From NCBI GenBank assembly GCA_030141605.1, contig JAQGDQ010000026.1, forward strand, positions 372,001 to 436,000: 64,000 nucleotides of DNA, written 5' to 3'. The first letter of the stretch is position 1, and every line of letters begins with the position of its first letter. The notes beneath the pieces are model-generated. The model searched no databases. It was not told the DNA's origin and saw only the letters and a list, made by a program, of their open reading frames with translations. This DNA comes from Tubiluchus corallicola (taxonomy: Eukaryota; Animalia; Priapulida). This document shows positions 36,901-50,970 of this stretch, in pieces. Position numbers and translations under genes: made by a program.

Positions 36901-39900
36901 TTTTATGCAGTGCATTATTTATTATAGGAAAACAGGCCTATTTTTCATATCGAATCCTATTTTGAACTATGGTCAAACATATGCATTTTATTATGCAACT
37001 ATGATGCCAAAATATTTCTTTTAGTTAAATCTTAGTTTAAAAAAATTAATGGCTGGCAAGCACAGCTAGCAATGACGTTACAAAACTGAACATAATTTTC
37101 TAACGTTAGAAACATTTGGTGAGCCTGTTGCACATATTTACGAAACTGAGACTTCACATACATTGTTACTATACAGCATTGGCTATGATTCTCATAAAGC
37201 TAGACAAATTTTAAATAAAAAAATTAAATTCCAACAACGTTTTATGTACAGTTACATCATTTCATTTTGCACCACGGTATAAAACTGGCTCATTTCGTCT
37301 TTAAAACAGCTTTACAATCTGCTGTAATGATGACTTCCTTTTAAGTTTATAAAGATTAAAATCATACCTTCTATTGCCCATATATACAGCTGCATATCTG
37401 CCATAATTTCCTGACTCACTGCTTCTGGTTGATGCTTAATAAAATACGACACAGTTGGACGGTTTTTAATCTTTTCTGAAATCTACGCGAAAGTAGCCAA
37501 ATTAATATTGTAGTCTCTAAAATGCATCTATAATCTCATTAATTACAATGAAGCAAATTTTAAAAGTTAATTACAGCTCTGACATTTATGAAAAAACTAT
37601 GTCATACATCTTTTTTCACAACATATTGAAAATTACATATTAAAAAGCTTAAGAAGTGAAACAATATTACAAGTAACTTGATGGGGAAAGACTTCTGAAC
37701 ATAATGTGAGAAAATGATAAAAATTGGTTTATTTTTCATCCATCACAAAGCAAAGAAATCACAACCATCAATATTCACACGTCAGGTAATGTATAGATAA
37801 CAAAAGAAAAATTTGATAAAAACAGAAGTGAAAAGGTACTTCGTATGCCTTGTAGTGCAACCATGTTTTGTATAAAGGCACTCCTCCAGTAACTATGGCA
37901 CCACTGGCTGGAAAAATGCAAATGTATTAATCAACATTATTATCAAAGTGACATCTGAAGCGAAGTAAAAGGCTAAGCAGTGTGCGGCGTGCGTTTTGCA
38001 ATTGAATCAAGCAACGCCAAGGGTGTCAGTAAATGGTTTGGAGCAGCTGGGTTCAATCAAAAGTCACTCTGGGCAGTTTCATTTACCATACTGAAAGTGA
38101 CAGTTTACTCCATAAACAGGGATGTGCCGATCCAATATACAATAGGAAATCGGCAAGCAAACTAGCATATCAGACCAGATCGGAGATCAGGCCAATAATG
38201 TACTAATATCAGCAGTAACAATGCCATGTTAAAATTTTCCCCCAAAATAAATTCTCACTTGGAATACGCCCAAAAAAAATGACTCAGCATTTTGTTATTA
38301 GCGCTTAATGAATGCAATCGTAATAAAAACTTACTGTCAATATTCTGAACAATTTCTTCAAAAATTCTATTTCATTGTCACCATGCCATTTACGTACAAG
38401 TGTCGCCATTTTTAAGTGTTGACTGAGCCACAAAATGTAAGAGTTTGACTAAAGCTTGTACATAGAAACATTGCCACTAGTAATTTTTTTCACATCAAGT
38501 TGATTTTACGTGTGACTAAAAACCCAAGTGCTATCAGAAGTGAAATACGTCACTGAGTAAATAATCCAAAGCTGATCCTAAACATCACTTAAGCACACAT
38601 TCAGTACTTTAAAGGAGGACAAAAATGTCATAATTATATTTTATTTTGACTTCCCACAATCACAACATAAAAAGCAGTTACTGTTGCAGCAGTTATAATA
38701 CCATCATATCATGTTTGATCTGATACCCGATCGGATTGGCCAACAGCAATACGTAAAAATAATCGGTATCAGATCAGGACACAGGTTCCTATCTCGGCAC
38801 ATCCCATAGGGTGCAAATTTATGGCCAGTAACCCATAGCACCAACCCGTAAACCGTAGTGCCAACCAGTGATCCATATTATACTAATTTACTAACTTGGC
38901 TTCCCTGTTGAACATACAGAGTTTCTCGTAATAGACTTGCCATGTTTACTTGTGATTAAGCAATAAGGCAACTGACAGGGCACTCAAAAGGCAAGTCTCT
39001 GCCCACTTGCAAGAAAGAGGGGTGGCTGTTTAACAATAATTAGGAAGTGGATATTGTTCCGATGATTGAAATCCTGAATTTGCGATCATTGGAACCGCGA
39101 CTTTGCAGCATTCAAGTTCCGATTATCGGAACCGTGGAATTTGCGATCCTTGGAACAGCGACTTTGCAGCATTCAAGTTCCGATTATCGGAACCGAAGAA
39201 TTTGCTCAGTTTGCTGTGCACAAGTTCTCATCATTGAATTTGCCAGTATTCTTCAGATAATCGCAACTCTACATTAACTACTAATCGGAAGCAGCTACAC
39301 AAATATTTAAATGTGTATCCTGCAATAGAATCAACTCCCACCTGAACTACTCTGAGCACGACTTTTATCTGGAAAAGCAGCCAACCAGAAGATGCGGTAG
39401 GGGCAACGTCCTCGAACATATGTACCCACAAATCATGAGGATATTTTTGTTCAAAAAAGCCACTAGGTTTAGATTTTTTAAAACTGATTATAATAATGTC
39501 TGGTGTAAAAATATTTACAGGCTTTGCCTATACCTAACAAAGCATAGTAAAGAGCATTTTAAACTTACCCAGCCCCTCTCCAGGCTCTGCTGAAAACAGA
39601 AATGCCCTTCTGCTGTGCCAGACAGTGCAGGATCGCTGAGAAAAAAATTGTGTGGGAACAGAACATTAAGAAATGGGTGAGAAGTTTAGGGTTCTGTCAC
39701 TGTATTGTAAATATACATTTTATAAAAATATATCTGGATGAGATAATGACAAAACATAGTGAGAACCACAGATAATTTATGTAGTGCAGTTAAAAGGAAT
39801 AAACAAATGTAACTTTATTTCAAGGACGTTTAATTAGTTAACTTAGTTTCTTATTAAATTTTTGCACTATGCATGGATAAGGACAAGAATGGTACGCTTT

Positions 39901-42900
39901 TTACTCTAAAACGTGGTTCCCATCATTGGAACAATATCCATTTCCTAATAATTATCGCTAGTACCTTGTATACACGGCACAGGTAATGTGTGAAAACGGC
40001 TATTCTATAGAATGTCTAGGCATTTTACAGAGCGCCAAAACAAACCAGGTAGAGTGTCTAAAACAGTACCTTCTATACTCTTCCTAGGCATTATATACAT
40101 AATACAATAGTTTGTCTAGGCAAAGTGTGTAATTCTTAACATAATATTAGCTAACATAATTCTAGGTAAGTAAGCAAGTAGGATAAGTAGTAAGAGGTAA
40201 GTCAGTCAGTACCACTGCAACAGTAATACTAGGCAATGAGGAATACTGGGCAAAAAACATTTTATTTCACTTTGGTCAACAACGAACAACAGCTGTACAT
40301 TGATTAGTTTTATTTTATTAAGTACCAACATTTAAGCATACCTCCGTCAATATTATGACACAACAAGATACACCTCGCCCAGGAAAATGTGTATAATACA
40401 CGGTAAAATTTATTACATAGTAAATTGTCCCACTTCTGATAAGATTTTAATGAAGCATTTCATGGAGCAATATACTACCCAATTGCAGGAAAGCCAAGAT
40501 TTCTTGTTCTTAAATTATAAACAACTGCTGTGCTACAGTGTGTTTTCTACAATCATTTGCAAAAGTATCGGACCACCTCCAGAAATATGCCAATTTGGCA
40601 ACCCTGCATATTCATTGCATCAGCCGTGATTGTGATGTCACAATTACACCACATTCATTGTGTGAATAAGGTTTCCAGCATCGTTTCTCGTATTAATTCT
40701 CAGTTAGTCGCACTTTTAGATTACTTTCTTTACTTACTTTTGGATTACCAAAAATGAGCAAAAATCTGTATCTAACAGAAGTGAAACGTGCCCAGAATGT
40801 TGCACTTCACAAAAATGGATTGTCACAGCACGAAATATGAAAATAATTAAGTGTCACCAAATCATCTGTTCAAAGAGCAATACAAAAATTCAATCAGGAA
40901 GGACTTTATGGCAATCGGAAGAAAAGTGGTAGGCCTCGCAAAACAACACCCCCCCCCCCGAGACAATAGCACCATCAAATGCATCGCAGCGCGATCTCCA
41001 ATGAGTTCCCGCAAAACAATTCGTGCCCAGCTCCTCAGAAAAGGTACTAATGTTAGTGTCAGCACAGTTTTGTCGACTCAGCAAAGAATTCGGGCTAAAG
41101 TTGTATAAATCCGCTAAAAAGCCACAACTGATACCTTTGATGAAAAAGACGAGATTGGACTTAGCCAAAAAGAATAAGCACTGGACCGTCGACGACTGAG
41201 GCAAAGTGCTCTTTTCTGATGAATCAACTTTACAACAGTTCGTAGTTCGGAAAAAACATATCCGTAGACCCGTTGGAAAATGATTCGACAAAAAATACAC
41301 TGCTTCGATCATGAAACATCGGCTGAGTCAGATGATATGGTGTGCCATGAGCACAAATGGTACCACTGGGCAATATTTTTTAATGCCTGGGACCACCATG
41401 AATGGAATAAAATATGTCGAATTACTGAGGGATAAGTTAACTTTGCATATGGAAATATTGGCCAGGCAATAGTCCAGATTTAAACCCAATTGACAATCTG
41501 TGGCCTCAAATGAAGGATTTAGTAGTGGAAAAGCAGCCTCCAACAGCCCCAGCACTAATTGCCACGATCAAAGATGTGTGGGTGAAAGAAATCAAGAAAG
41601 ACTATTGCGCATCACTTGTAGCTAGTATGCCTCGCCAACTGCAAGTAGTCATTGATGCTCATGGAGGGTACACAAAATACTGAAATATCTTCAACATGAC
41701 TGTTAAATATAATAGGAATACGGATTTGAACATGCTGTGTTAATTTTTCTAAGATTTGACAACAATAAAGAATTTTATGTTTCCATAAAATCACGTTTTC
41801 CTAATAAATGCCATTTTCTGAGGGGTGGTCAGATACTTTTGCAAATGACTGTAGATCCACACTTGGGAATAATGAGCCCAACCCGTACACCTAACCCGTA
41901 AATTAAAACCCGTTACCCTGCGCATTCTAGCACATCCCTGTTCGATAACTAGAGAGAAGAGGCATATACATCCAAACAAATGTGGTTATGATATATCTGC
42001 TGGTACAGTGGTTCATCCTAGAGGAAGCTTCTAGCCTCATTACAAACATCAACATTAAGTATATCCTGCCAGGGAGTGATGGACTGTGGCTTGCTATATG
42101 TCGAACTGCGTTTAAAAAATTATAATAATATTACACTACACAGCTGAAATATACAGTCCCAGATTAGACAAGATGGACTGGCCAGACACAATAGTGTTTT
42201 ATTAAGACCAATTTTTCCTGTTCCCAAGGTGGTTTTGTTAGAGTATGTTCGATAGCACTAGAAAAATATTATTTACGAACAGTACTGTGTAAAAAATATT
42301 ACAATCTTTTAATTCAAAAATGCGCAATTGAAAAAAAGATGCAGTATCAGATGTAGTATTCTTAATTGCATCAAACAGTAATTCAATACAACAAAAAATT
42401 CAAGGAAATTTACTGTTGTAGTATCTGTTAGGAGTCTCGAGCCCAGCTCTCATTGGTGATGCCGATGACCTCTTATATGGAGAAGCAACTTTCGATGGTG
42501 ACCTCTTGGCTGGAAGTGCTGAATCATTTAGAATCATAGATGTTGACGATTGATAATAAGAAAAAATTTGACTGACTGTTGATTCACCTATAAGGGTATT
42601 AAATATAAAGTGAGCTTAATTTACAAATCAAAACTTGGTAAGGGCATCCACATATGAAACTGAAAACCAATAACAATATTCATAACAGGGCTACACGCTA
42701 TTTAGATGTACACTGGATTTGGATACTTTTTAGGAGGGATTCAAAATTTAACTGAATAGAAAAAATTCTCGAGTTCCAAAATTCATAACGACATTATTGC
42801 ACGACATTTGCATCACACTTCTACTATTTACAAGAAAAATTACTTGAGGTAGGCAAATGTCTTCCTTCTTTCTCGGACATGAAATTGGCAAATCGGTTGT

Positions 42901-45900
42901 CATTAAATGTTGTTAGCCTGGCAGTCAAACATTCTATCACAACAGTACATGCAGTGTGAATCAAATTCCAGTTGTATGGATGACCACCTAAAATGTACGC
43001 AAAGGCTACTTATTATTTTATCATAATTAATTATTGTTTTACTATTTGAGATTTAATCCTGTAACTACAAAAACTAGTCCGTTATACTAACCAGAAAACA
43101 GTTTTTTTGTGATCAGATAGCTGGTTTAAGTACAAAAACTTAAAAACACTTTATATCCACAGTTATAATTATGAAAAAATCTTCACATTCTTCACAAAAT
43201 TCTTTACATTCTTATGTAAGGATGCAGTTTGGTAATATCGCACCTATTCACTTTATACTTTTAATATCACGTTCAAGTTGGGAATTCTTATTAATGCACA
43301 CCTGGTTGAGAAAGACTAAACACTTCTTTCCTTCGATTGAAAGACTGCTGAGAAAGTAGCCATAAATCCAAAAATGCAAGGTTCTGAAAGTGGAAAATGT
43401 GTTGCCAAAAATTCAACAGAAATCAGCTAATTCTGGCTTAAACATAAAGAAAGTAATTATATAGTTACAAACTCATTAATTATCCATCAGTTATTTTTAA
43501 ATCACACAAACCTTAAGCAAAGGCAGGAACGAAGCCAATGCATGATGAAGACGTGTGCATTTGTCACCCTCAAATGAGCTTTCGATCGGAAACTGAAATG
43601 GCTGAAAGAAAAGTAGTCTGATTGGTACAAGTCTCTGCTTTGCTTCATTATAATCTTGTCAAGAATTTCTTTACATCACTTCTTAAATCTGAGAAATTTT
43701 AACTAATAAAGAGAAGCATTAAAGTTTTACACTGCAAGGATAGAAAGTACAACCTCTGTAATATAAACTTGATAGATATGTGGAGCGAGACGCATTATGA
43801 AGTGTACAAATGTAGTACAAAGCAAAGAATGCACAAAGAGCCAGATGTCGAGAAGTCCATATAATGAAGCCAAAGGTGGTGAATCTACAGGACGTTGCAA
43901 GTTCATAACACTAGCTATCCATGACTGTGCAACGCTACCTAGAATGCAAAATAGAACCATAAATTACCTACAGCAAAAGTGTCATTTGTACACTTAAAAA
44001 ACTTTCATCGAAGAATATCAATTTCGAAACGCTTTTTCTTGTAAAACTTACAAATTGTGCGTAAAAACAACAGAAGAAAGATTGAAAAAGCAACTTACCA
44101 AAAATGAGATAAAAAAAATAGAAATACTGAAGGTGCCACAATGTTGCTATGGTTGATTCGTACAGAAGTGAGAAAATAACATTTTTTACTTGAAAAAATT
44201 TCGATTGCTGCAAAAAAGAGAAACATTTTACTAAAACATAAGGCCATTCTAAAACTAATGCCCATTTTCTCAAGTTTCATACACAGGCATTACACTGCAT
44301 AATTATTGTGACAATAACATCACAATTAGAGCAAGTCTGCAAGTGGGACTAATTTATTGGTTGCGTTATATCCTTGGTCAGTTACACTTGCATTTAAATC
44401 AGGATTTTCAAAACTCGCATCTCAGGCAATCTTCTAGCGATAATACTATAAATTGAGGTAGACAACAAAATATAAAATATTACAAGACAAATGGCCACTG
44501 TACCTCATTGATAAAAGATACTACAAACATAAATACATGTTGACACTGTAATGCAAGTAAAACATCATTTTTTTTAAAATGAGTTTACACAAAGATTATT
44601 TTTCGTGTTTAATGGAACAAATTCAGTCACATTTTTTAACCCACCTGAAATACCTCTAGCATGCTACTTGCAATAAAATGAAAAACAATGAAAAAGACAA
44701 TAAGCCTCATTTTACACACTATTTAAATAACTTAGTAGACTGCATCTTCAAACACACATATTATATGTCCAACCACCTAACTTCTGCACAGACATGATAT
44801 TGCATAAGTCTTTTTCACCCACTGAGTTGTTTATTATACAGTGTTCAGATACATACAAGAGAAATGTGTTTAAGAATATAGGAACCATCATAAATAGAGA
44901 AAATCTCGTGAGGACAATGTTCAGAGTATTATTATGTGGTAACTGGGTAAATCCGGCTGCCACAGTTAAGGAGTTATTGTGAGACAGTGATACCTACTTT
45001 CAAAAATGGAAAAATTTTTGGGTGGGTAAATTTTTTAATAATCACATCGAAAGCAAATCCATGACCAAAATTCCCTAGTTTGGCATATTTTACTTGCAGT
45101 AAAAAAATGTAGTACCAGTACTTTTAGCATTTGCACAGGATTTCTCGAATGGCCTTAGAGCTTTCTCGTGAAATAGCAATAAGTGAAAGAACAATAAAAA
45201 AAGTGTCACAAAAATTAAATAATGACTCTTTTTACCTGAAGTATGGGAAAAGTGATGCAAAAACTGTTTCTTGAACAAGCTGTTATGAAACAAGATAAAC
45301 CCGCAAGTAACCCGTTCAGTACGAAGAAGACATGATGTGCACTCAAACTGCAAAACAAGCAAATTGAAAAATGAAAAATTACATACAGCGCTTATTACTG
45401 ATATATGATAACCAGTATAAGTGTGAGTTCCTTACCAAATTATTTAGACCAGTGTGGAATGCAAACAATTTCATGCCTTATATAATTCAAATGTCTTTCA
45501 CCAGACAAGCACATGGTAAAACCTAAAATATTTCATACTTTCGCAAGTTAACTGTGTAATCCAGAAGAAACCACTATGTCATTACTAACGTTTGAAATGA
45601 GGATACCATATCAACTTTATATTTATTAGTACATAAAAATATGCTACAATCTATGGTTACTGCTAAAGGTAGATTAATTATCCAATTTTAGTCATTTTTA
45701 ATATTTCATGTGTCACTGCCTGAGACAAGGCTAAATTAAGAAAACCTATTAGCAGTTACAATCTTCACGTAATCTATTATTTAGTTTTATAAGGCAAATT
45801 AAACCACCTGAACATAGTTATTTTACACACAAAGCACATGCTGTGCCAAATCAAACATTTATTTCAATATCAAACAGACAATCTTTATCTGGTATATAAT

Positions 45901-48724
45901 AATGATTGTTAACACTTCAACAACAATTAGTTTCAATTTTACAGCCTTCAGTAATATTCGCAAAAATACAAAAATTTGAGTAACCATGTAAATGTACACA
46001 TAGAAGTAGATACACATTGCTAAAGTAATTACTCTAGTATCTAAATAAGAATGTGAAATATCATAATACCTATATGTAGATCTGTCACTATTTTCCTTAG
46101 CAAGACTATAGTACCTATCACCCAAGAAGGCTAACAAGCACCATGATATTACAGCACCAGACAGACAATGAATAACTGCATTCACTAGGTTGCGCGGATG
46201 TATGAGACGGAACATAGCTGCAAGCCGAGTCTTCGGATAAGTAGAAGCAACTAGAAAATAAATAAAAATTGTTCTAATTATTGTGAAACTGTGAAGCAGA
46301 GAACAATCTAAAAGAGGTGCTGAGAAAGCAAATTTAGGTAATCAAAAAATCTCTAAACTTTTTAAAATAAAGAACATAAACATAGAAACCAATTACTGCT
46401 ATCGAATCAAGGGTAAATACGATAGTTTGCCGATATCCTCACCAAAAGTGGGAAATGTTTTTTCTACTATTATAACTCTGTAATTTTTACAGACAATGGG
46501 ATATGCCTGTTACTTCTAAAAACAAGTACATTTCCTAGGTACAAAATCACTAGTTGGGATTTCATGCTTGTTTCATAAAACCGTGTCTCTCAAGACATTA
46601 AGTTTTTAATTTTAAGACCAGCACCCAGTAATCTATTTTCTATAACTTTGGTTGACGTAAAAAAATCATTGGCACACTGTTTATTATTATCTAGTTATTC
46701 CATTTGGTTAATGATCTTTTTCTGCCTCAGTGATGGTACCTCATGAGAAGTATTGCAAGATAGAATTAGAAGTTCAAAATAATCTATCGCAGTATCAGTT
46801 AGTATTTAGTATTTAAATCACTTACCTGTAGATTGTCGTATGTACTGAATCATTATTACAGATATGCACATGCCAATAACAGCAGTATAAAACCAGGAAG
46901 ATGGAGAAAAAGTAAGGCGATGAAATTCTGAAACAATAAACATTTCTTCTGCATAAAAGAGCTATAGATTTGTAGCCTGCTGGCTTCAAACTATAAATGT
47001 ATCTTAAAGTTCTATAAATAAAAAACTATTCAGGATAGTTCGACTAAAAATCAAAAAGAACAATTAGTAATAAAACAATAACGATAATAAAGAGGGAACA
47101 AACAAGCAAATTGCTATTCCTTCTCTGGATGCAAATCAGGCAAATGGAAAGCTTCACTGAAAAAGAAATTTGCTGCACATGATTATCATTTACAGGAACA
47201 AAAAATAAATTAAACTGTTATATACATCGGATCAAAAGACAAAAGTTACTGATATATGAAGAACAATCTCATGAGGTAATTACTTACCCATCAGCCAAAT
47301 AAGAGGCTGTAGAGGATTAAAACGCGAGAGCAAAATAAATCCACTTATCCATATTGGTAGTAAAAACAGCAGACACACCATACTTAGAGTAACTCTCCAA
47401 TAAAAAACCTAAGAAACAAATCCATTGTCAGTCATAATTTTTGTAAAAATAGTGTTAAACAAATACACAACATTTCTTGATTACATAGTGTGTCTAATAC
47501 ACAGATACATATACAAGGTAGAGCCTATAATCATATACTCAGCTATGAGGCAACAAAGCCTATAGCCTTGGTAAAAATTTCTGCTACTGTTATAATGTTT
47601 GTCCATGTTTTCTTAACACCAAAGTGTATTTGAGTATTACTTATTTTTGAACTAAAGCTTGGTTATACCAACCCCAACCTGCCATTTATTGTTTGGGTTG
47701 CAAAATACTGATTGCATCCACCCAGTTCATTACTTCGTAGTTTATCAATCAGTCTGATGTTAAAGCAGTCATACAGTAAGTCACACTGTCTACGCAGCAG
47801 AAGTGAGGTACGAAAACGACACTTTTTGAGTCTTATCACTATTTAAGGCCTCTGAAAATCTCTAAAATGCATGAGTGCAACAAATGATTAAACACTAAGA
47901 CTTCAATTGCAAACAATCTCCAATAAAAATAAGGTAAGTAATTACACATATACTCATAGTTTATAAAATTGTTGCATAAATTTTTTTTATATAATTCAGA
48001 ATTGACCGTTATTTTCTAAGCCATTACCTACACATAAGAAACAGTGCAGCAACTAAATAACATAAAAAATTGCTAAGCACTAACAGCAAGAATTATACAG
48101 TCAACTCTATACAATAGTTTTTAGGACTTTTAGGTTTATCAGTTAGTGGGACACATGACTAAACTTACAACTATAAATTAATGTAGTATACAAGCAAACT
48201 ATTACAGATCTTTTTTCTTAATTTAATCTGAAAAATTTCTATATTCAAAAATCTGCTATTTTACAATAATGGAAACCTTGACGGGCTTTATCACAATGTA
48301 GATGATTTGCAAGGTTCAAATACCAAAGTGATACTAAAAGTCACTAGTTAAGAATATAACTTACTAATGATTTTATGCAAAATATTGTAGATCAGGTTCC
48401 AAATACCAGTTTCCTAGTTGACTATGGTTCTGAAATTTCTGCTCTGGGGGCTTAATGCTTCTTTAATTTTTATTAATGCCACAGTAGGACCAAAATCACT
48501 AGCTTCAGTAGCAAAACCAAAACAAGATTTGTTTATAAAATAGCCATAAAAGCAAGTACAAAAATAAACATAAATGAACGTTACTGTACTTTGTTTGCAA
48601 ACTATTAAAACTGAAAACATAAGTTAATTAAATACCCCTAAAAAATTGAAAGATTGCCATGGGTTCATGCATAAGCTATTACCTTTTGAAGAAACCAAGA
48701 ATGGTGATCCTGTGGAAGATGCAT
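33924..48724 (-). CDS. NDC1: Transmembrane nucleoporin NDC1, about 614-621 aa
   Basis: Minus-strand exons 48724-48683, 47408-47288, 46927-46826, 46250-46070, 45347-45236, 44207-44099, 43938-43754, 43601-43512, 43383-43302, 42987-42844, 42587-42414, [39589-39569 optional], 37907-37840, 37482-37368, 36162-36062, 35531-35377, 33987-33924; phases consistent. Hallmarks RRKEVFSLSQPGGHPYNW, IWAIEALS, EEDAFGVVQ, LKSSIYRIVSTF and terminal YKE*. Confidence 0.95.
38117..38807. mobile_element. hAT-like MITE in an NDC1 intron
   Basis: TIR GGGATGTGCCGA / TCGGCACATCCC with GATCGG/CCGAT subterminal repeats. Confidence 0.65.
39057..39206. repeat. 61-bp tandem repeat, about 2.4 copies
   Basis: TTCCGATTATCGGAACC..GAATTTGCGATC.TTGGAAC.GCGACTTTGCAGCATTCAAG; each unit carries the palindrome GTTCCGATTATCGGAAC. 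Confidence 0.88.
40550..41851 (+). mobile_element. Tc1-family DNA transposon, defective, in an NDC1 intron (antisense to NDC1)
   Basis: TIRs CAATCATTTGCAAAAGTATCGGACCACC / GGTGGTCAGATACTTTTGCAAATGACTG flanked by TA. Broken transposase 40754-41683 with KVLFSDES, MIWCAM, LVASMPR and GGYTKY*; internal stops and a deletion in the DDE region. Confidence 0.92.
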
Positions 48725-50139
48725 TGTACTGCATATACTGCCCTCAAAGCAATCTTCTACCTGCAAAAAATACTTTAATTCATAAGTACAACTACGAATG
48801 AAGGACACACTACTTAACAGGACCAAAAAACAGCATATTTTTCTCCCTCCCTATTATTTGGTTGTTTCTGCAACAGAGGCCACAGATTCAGCCTTATTAC
48901 AGACCATCCTAAATTTAATGCCCAATTAAATTATATCTATCAGTGAGCAGCATTAGTGGTGCATTAACACACACGAAGTGTCAGCAAAAAATGTGTGCCT
49001 ACAACAACTGCAGTAAATGTCAATAACAGCACTAACTTGAGAACTCTTGTAGATTAGCCTACAGCTGCAAATTGTAGGCATGGCAATTTGTAATCCTGCA
49101 AACCAGTTCGTAATAGTAGTAGAGTAGGCGCTGCTTAATAGACTCAAAAACGCCTGGTACGGGCCGCTTCTATTCAAATATACATAAAAACTATCGGTAA
49201 TCGACATAAATAACTCCGCTTAATTGACTCAACATTTTTTCTTCACCTACTTAAAATAAGATATTTGTACGTGCTTAAAGAACCTTTCCTACTTCTATGT
49301 CACCTTTACTTCCCTTTTGTGCACTATGTATGCAAAAGCAATCATGTTAAGTACTGTTAAGTTTGTAAGCATGTTTGCTTATCATGCGCTAATACGCTAG
49401 CGTAGCGGTTTTGCTTTGAATCTGTTACCCGCTTGCCCACTGTTACCCAAAGAATTTCTGGAAGCTAAACATTTAATCAATTGCCAAGCGGTTGGCTTTT
49501 GATGCTCTCGTTGCAAATCACGCTTTCAGGCTTAATCAGTTAACAGTCAAAGATGCAGGTACAGTAATCAACCGGTATTCCTTGTGACTTACAAGACTAA
49601 ACATCGTACAGCAAATAAGAGCAATTTAAGTGAGCAGACAATTTAGTCATGCACAGCAACAGATTTTCAACGTTTTTAAAATTACCAGAACTATGTGGGC
49701 CAACCTCTTCGCGACAAAATGAAGCGACCTTAAAGGAATATTTGCTGTCTGTGATTTAGTAAAGTATACTTTTTAACTTATTGCTAATTCACTTATATAA
49801 ATTAATATTTTACAACATTTTTTTCTAATTTTTAACTGCACAACTGAATTTAGGGATTAGTTTGTTTCTAAAATCTATGAAAAACCTTTGCAGTGCACAG
49901 TAAGCTGAGCACTCATACTTCTATACCTGTAATATGACACCCATTGGTTAATAGGTTCAGTCGGTTAATTGGGTTTAAACATGTCGGTCCCAAAGTGAGT
50001 CTATTAAGTATTTATCGCTTACTGTATTTATCATGAATATATGACACAATAATTTTAAACCCAAGCACTATGATAATCGTAAGATTTTTTTATATTTTTA
50101 AAATGAACTGCGAATTGCAATAAAAGAGCAAATTCAAGA

Positions 50140-50400
50140 TAACTATCTCTCACCCTCTTTCACTCATACATTCACTACACTACTCCTAAGATGTGTCTTA
50201 GATCAGACATTGCCACAAGAGAACACCACCTGAAAGAGTACAAATTTAGAGTGAATATACGCATTAACAGGTTTTTATTTAGGATTGTAATAGTTTGCTG
50301 GAACATATGCCTCAAGAGTAAATGATTTTAAAAACAGGCTGGGAAAATTTATATTGGGCAGCAAAAGATCTAGTGTACAATTATAAGGCTCTAATTGAAA
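50140..50400 (+). mobile_element. CR1-like LINE 3' end remnant
   Basis: TREHHLK..FR....WN....FKNRL, similar to the CR1 ORF2 C-terminus. Confidence 0.55.
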
Positions 50401-50488
50401 ACCTGATGTATGACATTTATGAGTTCATGATTTAGCTAGAATTTTTATGCTTTACCAAAAGAACATAACGTATTCTAAGTGAGACAAG

Positions 50489-50970
50489 CAGAGATGCAAA
50501 TAAAGTGGATCTGCAAATATACAGATATGTAATTCCCACTAAATTTGCAGATTGTAAATTTTTTTCAGATATAACTCAAAATTCCAGCACGTACATCAGG
50601 TAAGATTTTCAATTGTTTGTGCAACAAGTTTACCTAATTTCAACACAATTTTTTTGTTTGTCGTGTGGTATTATGATGTAAGATGGCAAGGTGGTGTGGT
50701 GTGGCATTATTTGTTTGGTGTGTTGCAGCTTTACAGTTTGATGAGTTGTCGTCGTTTAACTAGCAATTAATTACTGTTTAATGATTATACCCATAGGCCA
50801 TACCATAGCTTTGTACATATAAAAAATGGTTTTTAACAATAGGGTACTATGGGAAGTCTAATTTTTGCCTGCATTTTTGCTGGTTTGCGGATTTTCAAAT
50901 TTCACATAAATGCGCGTTTTGCGGATATGCACAGTTCCGGATAAACGATAAAATGAATAGTACATCTCTG
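50489..50970. mobile_element. hAT-like MITE
   Basis: Termini CAGAGATG / CATCTCTG with GCGGAT/GCAGAT subterminal repeats; TSD not convincing. Confidence 0.5.
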
